A DNA stretch of 64,000 bases from Pseudomonadota bacterium (GCA_041178425.1 JBEGVH010000006.1:64001-128000), one strand, 5' to 3'; counted from the stretch's first letter, positions 29,483 through 42,077 are shown. The notes: generated by a model from the sequence alone, not told the origin. Program-made: numbers and translations.

Positions 29483-29705
29483 GTTTTCTTATTTTGAAGC
29501 GCAACGGGAGCCTGAAGGCGCAGCGCTTCCCAATACCTTGGTCTCACAAAGGGTGTTGAAATGGGTCTTTGGTCGAGCTCGAGTTTTGGCGGGGTCGTTT
29601 TAATACAAAATTAATTTAACTAAAGTTGTTTAGTGTCGGTGTATTGGGTATTGGCAGAACAAGAAAAAAGACAATTTCCTTCGGCAACATAAAAAGGGAG
29701 GGCCC

Positions 29706-30179
29706 ATGGGACAAAAAATATCCAATCACGTCGCGGTTTTTGATCAGAGTGTTGATAAAGCCCGAGAGTGGATCTCGGAACTTCACGAAGAGCTCCATTG
29801 GATCAGTGCCGACTCGGTTTATCACCTGTTACGAGCGGTTCTACAAACTCTTCGCGATCAAATAAGTATTGATGAAGGTGCCCATTTGTCGGCCCAACTC
29901 CCACTGGTATTGAGGGGTACGTTTTATGAGTGTTGGGATCCTAAATTATTGCTGCCTAAGGGGCTTGGTAAAGAGGAGTTTATTGCCGAGGTAAAGCACA
30001 AAATGGGCTTAGCTGGTCTACCAAAGTACGACATCGAAAAAGGCGTTTTGGGTGCCTTGCTCCTTATTAAGCGCCACGTGGATCGAGGTGAAATGGATGA
30101 TGTGATTGGGGCTCTCCAGCCAACCATGAGATCTTTTATTCTCGGTGGCGAACTTGAAGCACAAATGCGAGCTCAGTGA
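29706..30179 (+). CDS. DUF2267 domain protein
   Basis: LRAVLQTLRD, HLSAQLPLVLRGTFYECW. Confidence 0.85.
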   Translation: MGQKISNHVAVFDQSVDKAREWISELHEELHWISADSVYHLLRAVLQTLRDQISIDEGAHLSAQLPLVLRGTFYECWDPKLLLPKGLGKEEFIAEVKHKMGLAGLPKYDIEKGVLGALLLIKRHVDRGEMDDVIGALQPTMRSFILGGELEAQMRAQ

Positions 30180-30193
30180 GGGAGGTTGTAGTT

Positions 30194-30748
30194 ATGAAAT
30201 TTCCCTTTAAACTTCAGTTTCGGGATATTGAAAAAGACGAGAGAATTTATAATGTGATTTGGGATCATGTTGATAAATTAGAAAGAATTTACCAACGCAT
30301 TGTTTCTTGTGAGGTGACCGTAGCGGCTCCTCATCGTCACAAAATGAATGGCTTAATCTATCACATCCAAATTCGGTTGTATGTTCCTGGTGACGATATT
30401 TTCATTACAACCGAAACAGAGAAGAACGGTGCCCATAAAGACGTTCATGTTGCGATTCGCGATGCCTTTGATGCAGCTCAAAGAAAACTTGAAGATTTGG
30501 TTCGTAAAGAGCGCGCCTTTGTTAAGGTTAAGGTGGGACCCTCAGAAGGAAAAGTTTTGAGATTGTTCCCGAATGAACATTGTGGATTTATTCTATCGCA
30601 CGATCAGCGAGAGTTATACTTTCATGAGAACTCGGTTTTGAATGCCGATTTTGAACGGCTCAAGATTGGAGATAAAGTTCGTTTTTCTGAAGAGATGGGG
30701 GAGAAGGGGCCTCAGGTGACATCGATGCAGAAAGCCGGAGGACGGTAA
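30194..30748 (+). CDS. HPF/RaiA ribosome-associated domain fused to cold-shock domain
   Basis: IVSCEV, AIRDAFDAAQRKL; GFI..ELYFHENSV..GEKGPQ; GGAGG RBS. Confidence 0.88.
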   Translation: MKFPFKLQFRDIEKDERIYNVIWDHVDKLERIYQRIVSCEVTVAAPHRHKMNGLIYHIQIRLYVPGDDIFITTETEKNGAHKDVHVAIRDAFDAAQRKLEDLVRKERAFVKVKVGPSEGKVLRLFPNEHCGFILSHDQRELYFHENSVLNADFERLKIGDKVRFSEEMGEKGPQVTSMQKAGGR

Positions 30749-30872
30749 AGAGCTTGTCTTTGTTTCACACTGAGACAAAGGTCTCCTGATTTGTGGTTTT
30801 CTTCATTTGGGGGACCCTTCGTGCGATGTTAATATAAAGATGGAATAAGGTTCACTCAAAGGAGAGAAACTA

Positions 30873-31292
30873 ATGGATTCAATGTCAGTAGTCAGTCTTC
30901 GAAAAATCTTAGTTGTTGATGACAACGAGCTGAGTGGTCGTCTGCTGCTATCGATTCTGGTAAAAGCTGGCTACGACGTAGAGCTTTGCCATCGTGGATC
31001 GGATGCCATTGAAAAAATTGAAAATGCTAAAATCAAGTACGATCTTATACTCACTGACGTTTTGATGCCACTGATGGGTGGTTTTGATTTTATTGGGCGC
31101 GTAAAAAAGATGGGCGGTCTCAGTGCTTTTATGGTGGTGTCTTGCATGCGTGATCATGAGACCATGGTCAAGGCAAAGTCTTTAGGCGCCTCCGATTATA
31201 TCACTAAGCCCTTTAAAAAAGATGATATCATCGAAAAATTGGAAAGTTTTTTCAATCGTTCAGATAAAATGGCCGACGCCTCAGGTTTATAA
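30873..31292 (+). CDS. single-domain response regulator (CheY-like)
   Basis: VVDDN, TDVLMPLMGG, DYITKPF. Confidence 0.9.
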   Translation: MDSMSVVSLRKILVVDDNELSGRLLLSILVKAGYDVELCHRGSDAIEKIENAKIKYDLILTDVLMPLMGGFDFIGRVKKMGGLSAFMVVSCMRDHETMVKAKSLGASDYITKPFKKDDIIEKLESFFNRSDKMADASGL

Positions 31293-31360
31293 AGGTTCTC
31301 GATTCTTTCTTCGAGAAAACAATTGTCATTCCTTTTGATTATGAATATTCAAAAGGACCT

Positions 31361-32152
31361 ATGGCAATCCCTCCGGCATACGAACCTAATATTTTTTTAA
31401 TAAGTCCCATCGAAGACAAGCTCAATGTGCTAGAATCTTCGGTTCACCATGCTATGCTTGGAAATTCAATTTCAATGCCTGTTTCTCCGGCCCGGGGCCG
31501 CGCGATCGTGGCGCCCTTGCACCAGCATCCCTCAAAAAAAGGATTTTCGCGGCCAGAAGGTCGAGCGAGACTTCTTCATGATTTAGCCAACATTGAGCTC
31601 CAAGCGATGGAGTTAGGCCTGAGAACCCTTTATGAATATCCCGAAGCGCCGACCGCTCTTAGGGATGAACTCGCAGAGGTGACGCTATCCGAAGGGCGAC
31701 ATCTTAAAATGTGTTTAGAAGCCATTGAAGACTTGGGGTTTCATTGGGGAGATTGGCCTATTCATTTGGGGCTATGGGAAACAGTGAGCACCGAGGATTC
31801 CCTGATTGATCGAATGTTTATTGTTCATCGTTATTTAGAAGGCAGTGGTCTTGATGCCCAAGATACAATGCTTAGACGGCTCGAGGGTGTTCATGATCCA
31901 AAGACCTATGCCGTCCTCAAACAAATTCATCGCGAAGAAGTAGATCATGTTTATTTTGGTAGTCGCTGGCAGAGTGAGTTGAGTCAATCACTCGGAAGAG
32001 ACAAAGCCTCTAATTTGAGGGCCCAGCTCGCCCGACTTAGAGATCGACTCCCGAGGCGTATTCAGCCGATTTGCCATAAGTGGCGTCTTCAGGCGGGATT
32101 TTCTCCCGAAGAAATAGAAGTCCTCGAGGATTTTCGTCAAAACTGGTTTTAA
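31361..32152 (+). CDS. DUF455 ferritin-like protein
   Basis: LHDLANIE, EGRH, LEGSGLD, EEVDHV..G.RW. Confidence 0.88.
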   Translation: MAIPPAYEPNIFLISPIEDKLNVLESSVHHAMLGNSISMPVSPARGRAIVAPLHQHPSKKGFSRPEGRARLLHDLANIELQAMELGLRTLYEYPEAPTALRDELAEVTLSEGRHLKMCLEAIEDLGFHWGDWPIHLGLWETVSTEDSLIDRMFIVHRYLEGSGLDAQDTMLRRLEGVHDPKTYAVLKQIHREEVDHVYFGSRWQSELSQSLGRDKASNLRAQLARLRDRLPRRIQPICHKWRLQAGFSPEEIEVLEDFRQNWF

Positions 32153-32184
32153 GCAACGAATAGCGACTGGTCCTCTATCTTTTC

Positions 32185-32400
32185 CTTACAAAGGGGGTGG
32201 CTTTGTGTACTTGAACCTCCTCTTAGCTTGCTTTAGTGTATTTTTCAGTCTTAACAAAGTAGGTTGTGGTGGCCACTTTAAATCTGAGATAATATCAACT
32301 TAAGGCCATCAAGGCTTTTATGTTTGCCCTTTTTACATTTGTGATAGGCCCATTAAAGTTGGTTCCAGAGATCTGGTGGCGGTGTGAATATATCCTTCAT
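32185..32400 (-). pseudogene. possible decayed gene remnant resembling a reverse-transcriptase N-terminus
   Basis: Manual translation MKDIFTPPPDLWNQL*WAYHKCKKGKHKSLDGLKL; short resemblance only. Confidence 0.25.
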
Positions 32401-32529
32401 AAGGTATTGTCTAATTGATTCTCGGCGTGGATAAAAGTTAATTAAACTAACCTCATGAAATATTGAGCTAAATTGAAGGAAAGATTTCTTCCTAAAACAT
32501 TGGAAATAGACTTTTCTTTTAAACGCTAG

Positions 32530-32546
32530 TAAGGTATATTACCTTA
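32530..32546. promoter_or_regulatory. probable TA autoregulatory operator
   Basis: TAAGGTA-tat-TACCTTA palindrome 16 nt before the toxin start. Confidence 0.6.
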
Positions 32547-32562
32547 TAAACGAGGGTATAGG

Positions 32563-32844
32563 GTGGCAGTTTTAACTACGGTTGGTTTAACAAAGTTCGC
32601 AGAAAAACAACTCAAAAAGGTACCTCTCCAGATTAGGGAAGCGCTTAGGTACTGGGCCGAGTCGGTTGAACGACTTGGAATAAGAGAAGTGCGAAAATTG
32701 GCCGGATACCAAGATGAGCCACTTAAAGGTAATCGAAAAGGGCAAAGATCTGTGAGGCTAAATCGTGCTTATAGAGCCATTTATGTCGAAATAAACAATG
32801 GTATTGAAGTGACCGTTATTGAGGTAAATAAACATGAGTACTAA
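32563..32844 (+). CDS. RelE/HigB-family mRNA interferase toxin
   Basis: 93 aa; DEPLKGNRKGQRSVRLNRAYRAIY; toxin-first order. Confidence 0.88.
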   Translation: MAVLTTVGLTKFAEKQLKKVPLQIREALRYWAESVERLGIREVRKLAGYQDEPLKGNRKGQRSVRLNRAYRAIYVEINNGIEVTVIEVNKHEY

Positions 32845-33139
32845 ATCTTTAACCAAAACATTAAGGAAAGAACTAGGTGCGATTTCTTTTGGTGGATTCC
32901 TTCGATCGGCGAGAACCATGAAGGATAAAACCCAAAAAGAAATGGCCGATTTCTTGGGAATAGCCAAGGGCACTTTATGTGACATCGAAAAGGGGAGGCA
33001 AAATGTTAGTGTTGAGCTTGCCGCTAAAATTGCTAAAAAGTGCGGCCTTTCTGAAGCTATGGCCGTGGAGTGTGCCGTTAGAGATCAATTAAATAAGTAT
33101 GGTTTAAAACTAAAAGTTGAGATTAAAAAAGCAGCTTAA
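32834..33139 (+). CDS. XRE-HTH antitoxin (HigA-like)
   Basis: TQKEMADFLGIAKGTLCDIEKGR; overlaps the toxin gene. Confidence 0.85.
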   Translation: MSTKSLTKTLRKELGAISFGGFLRSARTMKDKTQKEMADFLGIAKGTLCDIEKGRQNVSVELAAKIAKKCGLSEAMAVECAVRDQLNKYGLKLKVEIKKAA

Positions 33140-33171
33140 CAAAAGTTTTAAACTATCGATCAAAATCACTT

Positions 33172-33711
33172 TCAATGTCTTTTCCTTTTTTGTAGCTGCC
33201 GATTAGCATTAATAATTTTTAATGTTTGTGCTTTCTGGAAAGCGATCATCTTTTTATTGAGGGTTTCACTGGCGATGCCGAGCATGCGGATAGCGAGCAA
33301 ACCCGCATTCCGACTATTATCAACGGCGACGGTCGCGACCGGTACTCCCTTGGGCATTTGAGCTATCGACAACAGTGCATCGAGTCCTTTGAGTTTTCCG
33401 ACTTGAACAGGAACACCAATTACAGGAAGGTGAGTGAGCGATGAAACCATGCCCGGGAGATGGGCTGCACCACCGGCCCCTGCAATAATTATTTTATAGC
33501 CGTGTTTGTGAGCTGATTTTGCAAATTTGTACATCCATTCTGGCGTTCGATGGGCAGAAACAATAAGGACATCGTGACCCACACCAAACTCTGCCAGCGT
33601 GCTGGCGGCATCGCTCATGGTAGGGAGGTCGCTATCGCTTCCCATGATTATGGCGACCAGAGCTTTGGACGAAGTTTTACTTTTTTTTATAGAAACTTTT
33701 TTTGATGTCAT
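33172..33711 (-). CDS. purE: N5-CAIR mutase
   Basis: [36 protein letters not shown] overlap with purK. Confidence 0.96.
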   Translation of the reverse strand: MTSKKVSIKKSKTSSKALVAIIMGSDSDLPTMSDAASTLAEFGVGHDVLIVSAHRTPEWMYKFAKSAHKHGYKIIIAGAGGAAHLPGMVSSLTHLPVIGVPVQVGKLKGLDALLSIAQMPKGVPVATVAVDNSRNAGLLAIRMLGIASETLNKKMIAFQKAQTLKIINANRQLQKRKRH

Positions 33712-34850
33712 AGTTGAACCTTTCGTCGAGCGGTAAGGGCGACTTTCAAGGCCGCTTGCGGAGATGTCGCCGTGGCGTTGATGTGTCCCATTTTGCGGTG
33801 ATTGCGATTTTCTTTTTTTCCATACCAATGAAGTTGGCATTGCTTTGGCGTTTTGGCTAATTGATTTGACCATTCTGGACATTGATCAGAGGACCCGAGT
33901 AAATTGGCCATCGCGAAGGGAGCAAGAACGGCTGGAGCCACTAATTTGTAACCAGCAACAGCTAAAATATGGGCCTGAAACTGACTCATGCTCATCGCGT
34001 CTTGGCTGTAGTGACCACTGTTGTGGACTCTTGGTGCTATTTCGTTCACTAAAAGATTTTTACCATCATCAAAAAGTTCAAAGGCCATAAGGCCTACGTA
34101 GTTTTCTTTTTTGAGAAAGGCTTTCATTGATTTTCGAAGGGCCTTTTCTTGACGATGTTTGATGGGGCCCATCACCCAATCACAACGAGCGTTTGTTTGC
34201 TTTGACTCCACCAATGGAAAATCGATGATCGTGCCAAATTGATCGCGGGCCATCAGAAGTGCGAGTTCTCGTCGAAAAGGAATCTTCTTTTCAGCGATAA
34301 ACCCTTCCTTAGTTTTCTGTTGGATTTGATGCCAGTCTCGGGCACCCGTTTTGGTGTGAATAAAAAATGTTCCATAGCCATCGTAACCGAAGCGTCTTTG
34401 TTTTAAGACGATTTCTCGACCCATTTTTTGGAGGTTTTCAATATCTGCCCAGGTATTGACGGGCGCATAGGGTGCTGTTGGAATTTTGTATTTTTCGAGG
34501 AGTTGTTTTTGCGAGAGTCGATCCTGAAGTTTTCCCATTAAGGTGGGATGAGGATAGATAGGTACCTTTGATTTTTCGCTCAATCGAGCCAGGGTTTCGG
34601 CGTTTAAAAATTCGCTTTCAAATGTGACAACGTCACATTTTTTAATGAAGGCTTCGAGGGCGACCGGATCTTTGAGGTCGCCCTGAGAAAAGTGGGGGCA
34701 GACTTGTGGGGCTGGATCATCTGCTTCGGCAGCAAAAATATGAGGAACAATGCCGTAGGGATGAGCAGCGAGAGCCAACATCCGAGCAAGTTGTCCGCCT
34801 CCAAGAATACCGAGCGTCTGACCAGGAGTTTTCTTCAATGATTCCTTCAT
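33708..34850 (-). CDS. purK: N5-CAIR synthetase
   Basis: [31 protein letters not shown]. Confidence 0.95.
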   Translation of the reverse strand: MKESLKKTPGQTLGILGGGQLARMLALAAHPYGIVPHIFAAEADDPAPQVCPHFSQGDLKDPVALEAFIKKCDVVTFESEFLNAETLARLSEKSKVPIYPHPTLMGKLQDRLSQKQLLEKYKIPTAPYAPVNTWADIENLQKMGREIVLKQRRFGYDGYGTFFIHTKTGARDWHQIQQKTKEGFIAEKKIPFRRELALLMARDQFGTIIDFPLVESKQTNARCDWVMGPIKHRQEKALRKSMKAFLKKENYVGLMAFELFDDGKNLLVNEIAPRVHNSGHYSQDAMSMSQFQAHILAVAGYKLVAPAVLAPFAMANLLGSSDQCPEWSNQLAKTPKQCQLHWYGKKENRNHRKMGHINATATSPQAALKVALTARRKVQL

Positions 34851-34912
34851 AGTAGAGTCCCTTTTATCGAGTTGTTTGCTAAAAAGTGAAAACCTTACTA
34901 TAGATCTTGGGT

Positions 34913-35983
34913 ATGACAATAAAAAAAAGAGGTCTGGAGCGGCCCGTTCTTAACGAGACGATTAATTTTCCACTCACGTTAGCCCCTATGGTTGGGCTCT
35001 CGCACACGTCCGTCCGCCGCTTATTGATGGATTACCTTCCTGAGGGCGCAGAAACAATCTGGCCCACCGAGATGTTAAACTCTCGCAAAATCCCATTAGA
35101 AAAACTAGGGGCCACTCCAGAAACCTACCGACATTCTTCTGAACATGGAGCCCTCGTCCCGCAAATCCTAGGGAATGAAGAAGAACCTATTCGAAAAAGC
35201 GTTGAGAAGCTGCAGGAATGGGGTGTGAGCGGTATTGATATTAATATGGGTTGTCCCGTTGCAAAAGCTCTCAAGCACAACTATGGAGTGTCGCTCATGG
35301 GAGATGTTGAATATGCGGCCGAGGTTGTTCGAATGACAAAACAATCGGCAAGAGTTCCTGTTTCTGTAAAGTTGCGTGCCGTTGAGTCGGGTCAGAGAGA
35401 AGACTTGAAGCACTTCATGCAAGCTCTTGAGGAGGCCGGTGCTAGTTGGTTGACTCTTCATCCGCGTCGGGGAAGTCAGAAAAGAAGGGGCGAGGCAGAC
35501 TGGTCGCAGATTGGGTGGGTCAGAAATCAAATATCATGCCCTCTGATTGGAAATGGGGATGTGCAAACAGTCGACGACGTTGAAGCCATGTTGGATGAGA
35601 CGGGGTGTGATATGGTAATGATTGGTCGTGCGCTGATGGCTCGACCGTGGCTTTTCTGGCAAATGGGTGAAAAATGGGGATGGTCGCCTCCGATCAAATA
35701 TCGTGGACTTTCGGCACCAAAAACACCTCAAGAAGAGGCGCACGAATATGGAAACGCCTTACAGCGTCTTGCTTTTTATATGGGTGAGGATTTTTCTTCG
35801 GAAGCCTTGGCTCTTCGAAAATTTATGTTTTTTGTAAAAACGGGAGCTGTCTGGTTGGATTTTGGTCAAAATCTTGTAGGAGTTGTTCATCAGTCCAGAA
35901 GTTTGCTGGCGCTCCACGAAAACTTAGAGATTTTTTTCAAACAAGATCTGTTGATGTGTCAGCGAACGGAGCTTCGTCAGTAG
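34913..35983 (+). CDS. dus: tRNA-dihydrouridine synthase
   Basis: LAPMVG, DINMGCP, VSVKLR, IGNGDV, MIGRA. Confidence 0.9.
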   Translation: MTIKKRGLERPVLNETINFPLTLAPMVGLSHTSVRRLLMDYLPEGAETIWPTEMLNSRKIPLEKLGATPETYRHSSEHGALVPQILGNEEEPIRKSVEKLQEWGVSGIDINMGCPVAKALKHNYGVSLMGDVEYAAEVVRMTKQSARVPVSVKLRAVESGQREDLKHFMQALEEAGASWLTLHPRRGSQKRRGEADWSQIGWVRNQISCPLIGNGDVQTVDDVEAMLDETGCDMVMIGRALMARPWLFWQMGEKWGWSPPIKYRGLSAPKTPQEEAHEYGNALQRLAFYMGEDFSSEALALRKFMFFVKTGAVWLDFGQNLVGVVHQSRSLLALHENLEIFFKQDLLMCQRTELRQ

Positions 35984-36019
35984 ACGTCATTGATAATTTG
36001 AAGGTAAGAGGGCATTGGT

Positions 36020-36829
36020 GTGGTTGATTTTCAGCATCCTTTAGCAATAAAAATTAGAAAGCAAATTGTTCAGGCTCTGAATGATTTTTCGATGATGGCA
36101 CCCCAAGATCACTGGATGGTTTGTGTTTCAGGCGGAAAGGACTCCAGTATTCTTCTTGCGCTCTTAACAGAGATTCAAAGAAAAAGCCCTATTCCCTTTA
36201 CCTTTGCAGGCGTCATCCTGGATCAAAAACAACCAGGGTTTAAGGTTCAAGATTTTCAAGCCTGGGTTGAGTCTCTGGGGGTGGAGTTGACGGTTCTGCA
36301 AAAAGACACCTATTCGATTGTAAAAGAAAAAGTAACTGACGGCGTGTATTGCTCACTGTGTTCGCGTTTGCGAAGAGGCATTCTCTATGCTCATGCAGAA
36401 AAGATGGGGTTCACAAAGCTGGCATTAGGACATCATCGTGATGATTTGATTGAGACGACATTGTTGAATCTCTTTTTCACGGGTCGAGTGGCGGCTATGC
36501 CGCCAAAATTGTTGTCGGATGATGAGAAAAATCTTTTGGTTCGTCCTATGGCCTATGTTGCCGAAAGTGATATCGAAGAGTTGGCCAAAGCATGGCAAAT
36601 TCCAATAATTCCCTGCAATTTATGTGGTTCTCAAGAGGGATTGCGTAGAAAGAGAATTAAACGTTTAATTAACGATCTCGAAAAAGAAATTCCCGACATT
36701 CGCCACTCGATGTTGGGAGCCATCGGTAATGTGCACCGCTCTCAATTGCTAGATCATCGTCTCTGGGATTTTGAGACTCTTCAGCGCACCCCCGATAAAG
36801 AAAAGCGGGCCGAGGAGTTGTTTTCCTAG
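36020..36829 (+). CDS. ttcA: tRNA 2-thiocytidine(32) synthetase
   Basis: SGGKDS, CSLCSRLRRG, GHHRDD, PCNLCGSQ. Confidence 0.95.
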   Translation: MVDFQHPLAIKIRKQIVQALNDFSMMAPQDHWMVCVSGGKDSSILLALLTEIQRKSPIPFTFAGVILDQKQPGFKVQDFQAWVESLGVELTVLQKDTYSIVKEKVTDGVYCSLCSRLRRGILYAHAEKMGFTKLALGHHRDDLIETTLLNLFFTGRVAAMPPKLLSDDEKNLLVRPMAYVAESDIEELAKAWQIPIIPCNLCGSQEGLRRKRIKRLINDLEKEIPDIRHSMLGAIGNVHRSQLLDHRLWDFETLQRTPDKEKRAEELFS

Positions 36830-38121
36830 GCCGTGTATTTAGAAACACCCTCAAGCACGAGTTCGCCACCGATGAGTAACTGGTAAAAAGTATTAGCATC
36901 ATTAAAATTATGAGTTCCAAAACTCTCGTAGTGCTGTTGAAGGTGAAGACCTTTCTCCTTTGATTCCAAAATCAGGTCTCTCACATTATCAGTGCGCACA
37001 TGATGGGCTTCGCAGGTTTTAACTATGAGATCGACGTATTCAAAGTGATTTTTAATTTGGCTCGTGATCTGTGCGTAGTCCTGAAGGAGCAATTTGGGTG
37101 AAAGCAGCAAGCTCTGAGTGAGTACCTTCAGGGATTCGATCGCATCAATGCTCATGGGGATGTCGGCCGAACTTTCCGTTTTGAGATAATCGAAAAAGTG
37201 AGAAACAAAGGCGTTCATTGAACTGAGATGCAGAAGAACCGACGAACGATGAAACTGTGTTTTTTTGAGAGTTTCAAAAAAATAACGAAGATTACCCCGG
37301 TAATTATTCATAAGGAGGGAGTCTTCGTTTCCGGTGGTTGTGGGGCTAGGTATCGTTTCTTCGGGAACACTAAAAGATCGAACCTTCTTAGAGAGTTCTC
37401 GATTGAGAACCATAAGGACCGATTGAAATTCATATTGAAGTTCAATAGCACTGTCTACCCGTCGGAGCCACTCAATGATATTGCGATGGAGAAATTTGTA
37501 ACCTTTAAAAACCTGATTCAACGTGTGGCTGGCTACGAGATCGGTGCGACTGGCAGGTCTAAAGGAAAGACGTTCGAGATGATCGGGAAAGGCTCGCGAT
37601 GAAATGCCGATATTGGCGTCAATCTCGGCCGATAAACAAGAGCTCGCCCAGGCATGGTAATTGATAAAGTCACGCCCCAGGAGCCAATGATTGAGTTCTT
37701 TTTCTGCATCAGTCACGGATACTTGTTCAATATTTATGAGGCGTTGATACAGACGCTCAATATGGGCAATATTTTGTGCTCGTGGCATGAGTCGAATCGA
37801 AAGATAGCGTTGTTCCACAGGGAGCACGAGGGCGTAAACCCAGTAGTAACGGCCATCCGAAGTTAGATTTTTAATGTAACCGCCGAAGGGCAAGCCCCCT
37901 TTGATGGTCTCCCACATGAGACGATAAACTGTTTTGGGCATGTCGGGGTGACGAACAACGCTATGAGGAGCGCCCTTCAAATCTTCAATCGAATACCCAG
38001 AGACTTTGGCAAAAATCCCATTGGCGAGTTGAATAAATCCTCGAGAGTTTGTGATGGAGAAAAAGAGTTCGTCATTGCTGATATCAACGGGAATTTCAGT
38101 GATAGGTATACTTTTTCGCAA
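36826..38121 (-). CDS. Aer-like PAS domain protein without a recognisable MCP tip
   Basis: GAPHSVVRHPDMP, YIKNLTSDGRYYWV, YLSIR; TTG 38121 follows AAGGAGGAGG. Confidence 0.75.
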   Translation of the reverse strand: MRKSIPITEIPVDISNDELFFSITNSRGFIQLANGIFAKVSGYSIEDLKGAPHSVVRHPDMPKTVYRLMWETIKGGLPFGGYIKNLTSDGRYYWVYALVLPVEQRYLSIRLMPRAQNIAHIERLYQRLINIEQVSVTDAEKELNHWLLGRDFINYHAWASSCLSAEIDANIGISSRAFPDHLERLSFRPASRTDLVASHTLNQVFKGYKFLHRNIIEWLRRVDSAIELQYEFQSVLMVLNRELSKKVRSFSVPEETIPSPTTTGNEDSLLMNNYRGNLRYFFETLKKTQFHRSSVLLHLSSMNAFVSHFFDYLKTESSADIPMSIDAIESLKVLTQSLLLSPKLLLQDYAQITSQIKNHFEYVDLIVKTCEAHHVRTDNVRDLILESKEKGLHLQQHYESFGTHNFNDANTFYQLLIGGELVLEGVSKYTA

Positions 38122-38148
38122 GCGAACCTCCTCCTTAGAGCTAGAGAA

Positions 38149-38176
38149 CAATCGGAGTTTTTTAATAAAGTCTTTA
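38149..38176 (-). promoter_or_regulatory. sigma28-like promoter
   Basis: TAAAG-N15-TCCGATTG upstream of the PAS gene. Confidence 0.5.
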
Positions 38177-38426
38177 ATTCTTTAAGGTTCATCGGAGGAA
38201 TAGGATTGAAGCCCAAGACAAAGGTCTTATTAGTGCAACGCAGCAGCATCAATGAAGGAGGTTTTATTGCTCGGATGGAGCAAGCAGAAAAGGCATACTC
38301 ATTCTAATGCGTTCTCTGTTGCTCAACAGGGATATTAAATAATCTCAATTTATTAATGACAAAATCTTTAAATAAAAATGCAATAGGCAAGTGTTGATCA
38401 CTTAATTACTCACAGGAGGAGTTTAA

Positions 38427-40661
<2,235 letters not shown>

Positions 40662-40688
40662 AGTTAAAAGATCTCTTGAAATTTGAAT

Positions 40689-40728
40689 AAAAAAAGGGGG
40701 GGGCGTCTCAACGCCCCCCCTTTTTTTT
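40689..40728. terminator. strong bidirectional intrinsic terminator
   Basis: A-run, G-run+CGT / ACG+C-run stem, T8 tail after katG. Confidence 0.9.
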
Positions 40729-40757
40729 CTTGCTGTTGACAGATCAATGGCCTGTCG

Positions 40758-41573
40758 ATGATGATTGTGCTGATGACAAACATGCTAGAGATTTTTGCTA
40801 TCCTTTTGTTTTATTTTGGCATCGGTTTTTGGTGTTCTCATCGAAGTCATAAAATTGCGTGGGTTGATTTTTTTTGGTCATCTAGTTTTTTTGTTACCAC
40901 GTTATTATTATCTTTCTCTGCTTACAAAGTGGATCGATTAGCCCTAACAGAGGGTCCAATTCCGCCTTGGGTGGGTCTTGCTTTGATGTTTTGTATTTGG
41001 TCGCTGCGATTGAGTCTTCACTTGTTTCGGCGACTCTGGGGCGCATCAGAGGATACAAGGTATATTCAGTTGAGTTTAATGTGGAAACAAAACTGGAATC
41101 GAAATGTTTTTCTTCTCTATCTGTTCGAAGCTCTTTTATCGTTTGCGCTCAGTGCCCCTCTTTTTGTTGTTTTCGGAGCAAAGTCACAAATTCTGAGTTG
41201 GCCTCAGAGTTTAGGTTTTGTCCTTTTTTTAATTGGACTTGCGGGAGAAAGTTTGTCGGATTACCAACTTCTGATTTTTAAACGAAGGAATCGTGGCCAA
41301 AAAGCTGTTTGTGATCTGGGTTTGTGGAAGTATTCCAGGCACCCCAATTATTTTTTTGAAATAGTCATATGGATCTCCTTTGCGTTCTACTGTACTCAGT
41401 TACCATGGGCTTGGACGGCGTGGTTTTCTCCGCTCCTGATGGGCTTTTTGTTGGTGAAGGTGACTGGCGTGGCTCCCTCCGAAAAACAGGCTCTCGAGAC
41501 GAGAGGTAATTTGTATCGACGCTACCAAAGTCGCACCAGTATGCTGGTGCCTTGGCCACCCAAAGGAGAATGA
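40758..41573 (+). CDS. DUF1295 membrane protein (steroid 5-alpha-reductase-like)
   Basis: VDFFWS, EDTRY, ESLSDYQL, GLWKYSRHPNYFFE. Confidence 0.9.
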   Translation: MMIVLMTNMLEIFAILLFYFGIGFWCSHRSHKIAWVDFFWSSSFFVTTLLLSFSAYKVDRLALTEGPIPPWVGLALMFCIWSLRLSLHLFRRLWGASEDTRYIQLSLMWKQNWNRNVFLLYLFEALLSFALSAPLFVVFGAKSQILSWPQSLGFVLFLIGLAGESLSDYQLLIFKRRNRGQKAVCDLGLWKYSRHPNYFFEIVIWISFAFYCTQLPWAWTAWFSPLLMGFLLVKVTGVAPSEKQALETRGNLYRRYQSRTSMLVPWPPKGE

Positions 41574-41577
41574 CGTC

Positions 41578-42072
41578 GTGGTTTTTAAAACTTTAATTAT
41601 TGTCTTTTTTTTATTTTCATCAATAAGGGGTAACGCCATGAGTTCTGAATTGAGTCAGCAAGAACGAATAAAAATTGTTTTCAATAATCTTCGTGCGAAC
41701 AAACTCGATATTCTCGATGGCTTTTATGATCCAAATATTTTTTTTCAGGATCCTCTTGGAGTTCATAAAGGGCTCGACGAAATGAAAAAATACTACCAAA
41801 AAATGTATCGAAATGTGCAAGAGATTGAGTTTGTGCCCAAAGAAATGATTTCTTCTGGCTCGAAGCATGTTTTCGTTTGGCAGATGCGATTACGTGCGAG
41901 CGGATTAAATGGGGGAGACTTAGTTGTTGTTGATGGCAATTCGGTTATCGAGTTTAATGATCGAAATCTTGTTTCCTATCATCGGGACTATTTCGATATG
42001 GGGGAATTTATCTATCGTTACATTCCGGTGTTGGGTTGGACGATTGATAAAATCAATCGCCAACTCCGGTAA
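41578..42072 (+). CDS. SnoaL/NTF2-like protein
   Basis: FYDPNIFFQDP, YHRDYFD. Confidence 0.85.
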   Translation: MVFKTLIIVFFLFSSIRGNAMSSELSQQERIKIVFNNLRANKLDILDGFYDPNIFFQDPLGVHKGLDEMKKYYQKMYRNVQEIEFVPKEMISSGSKHVFVWQMRLRASGLNGGDLVVVDGNSVIEFNDRNLVSYHRDYFDMGEFIYRYIPVLGWTIDKINRQLR

Positions 42073-42077
42073 TAATA

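Noticed and set aside
38330..38410. Fur/PerR/OxyR box upstream of katG
   Set aside because: AT-rich partial matches only; cannot be told from background by eye.
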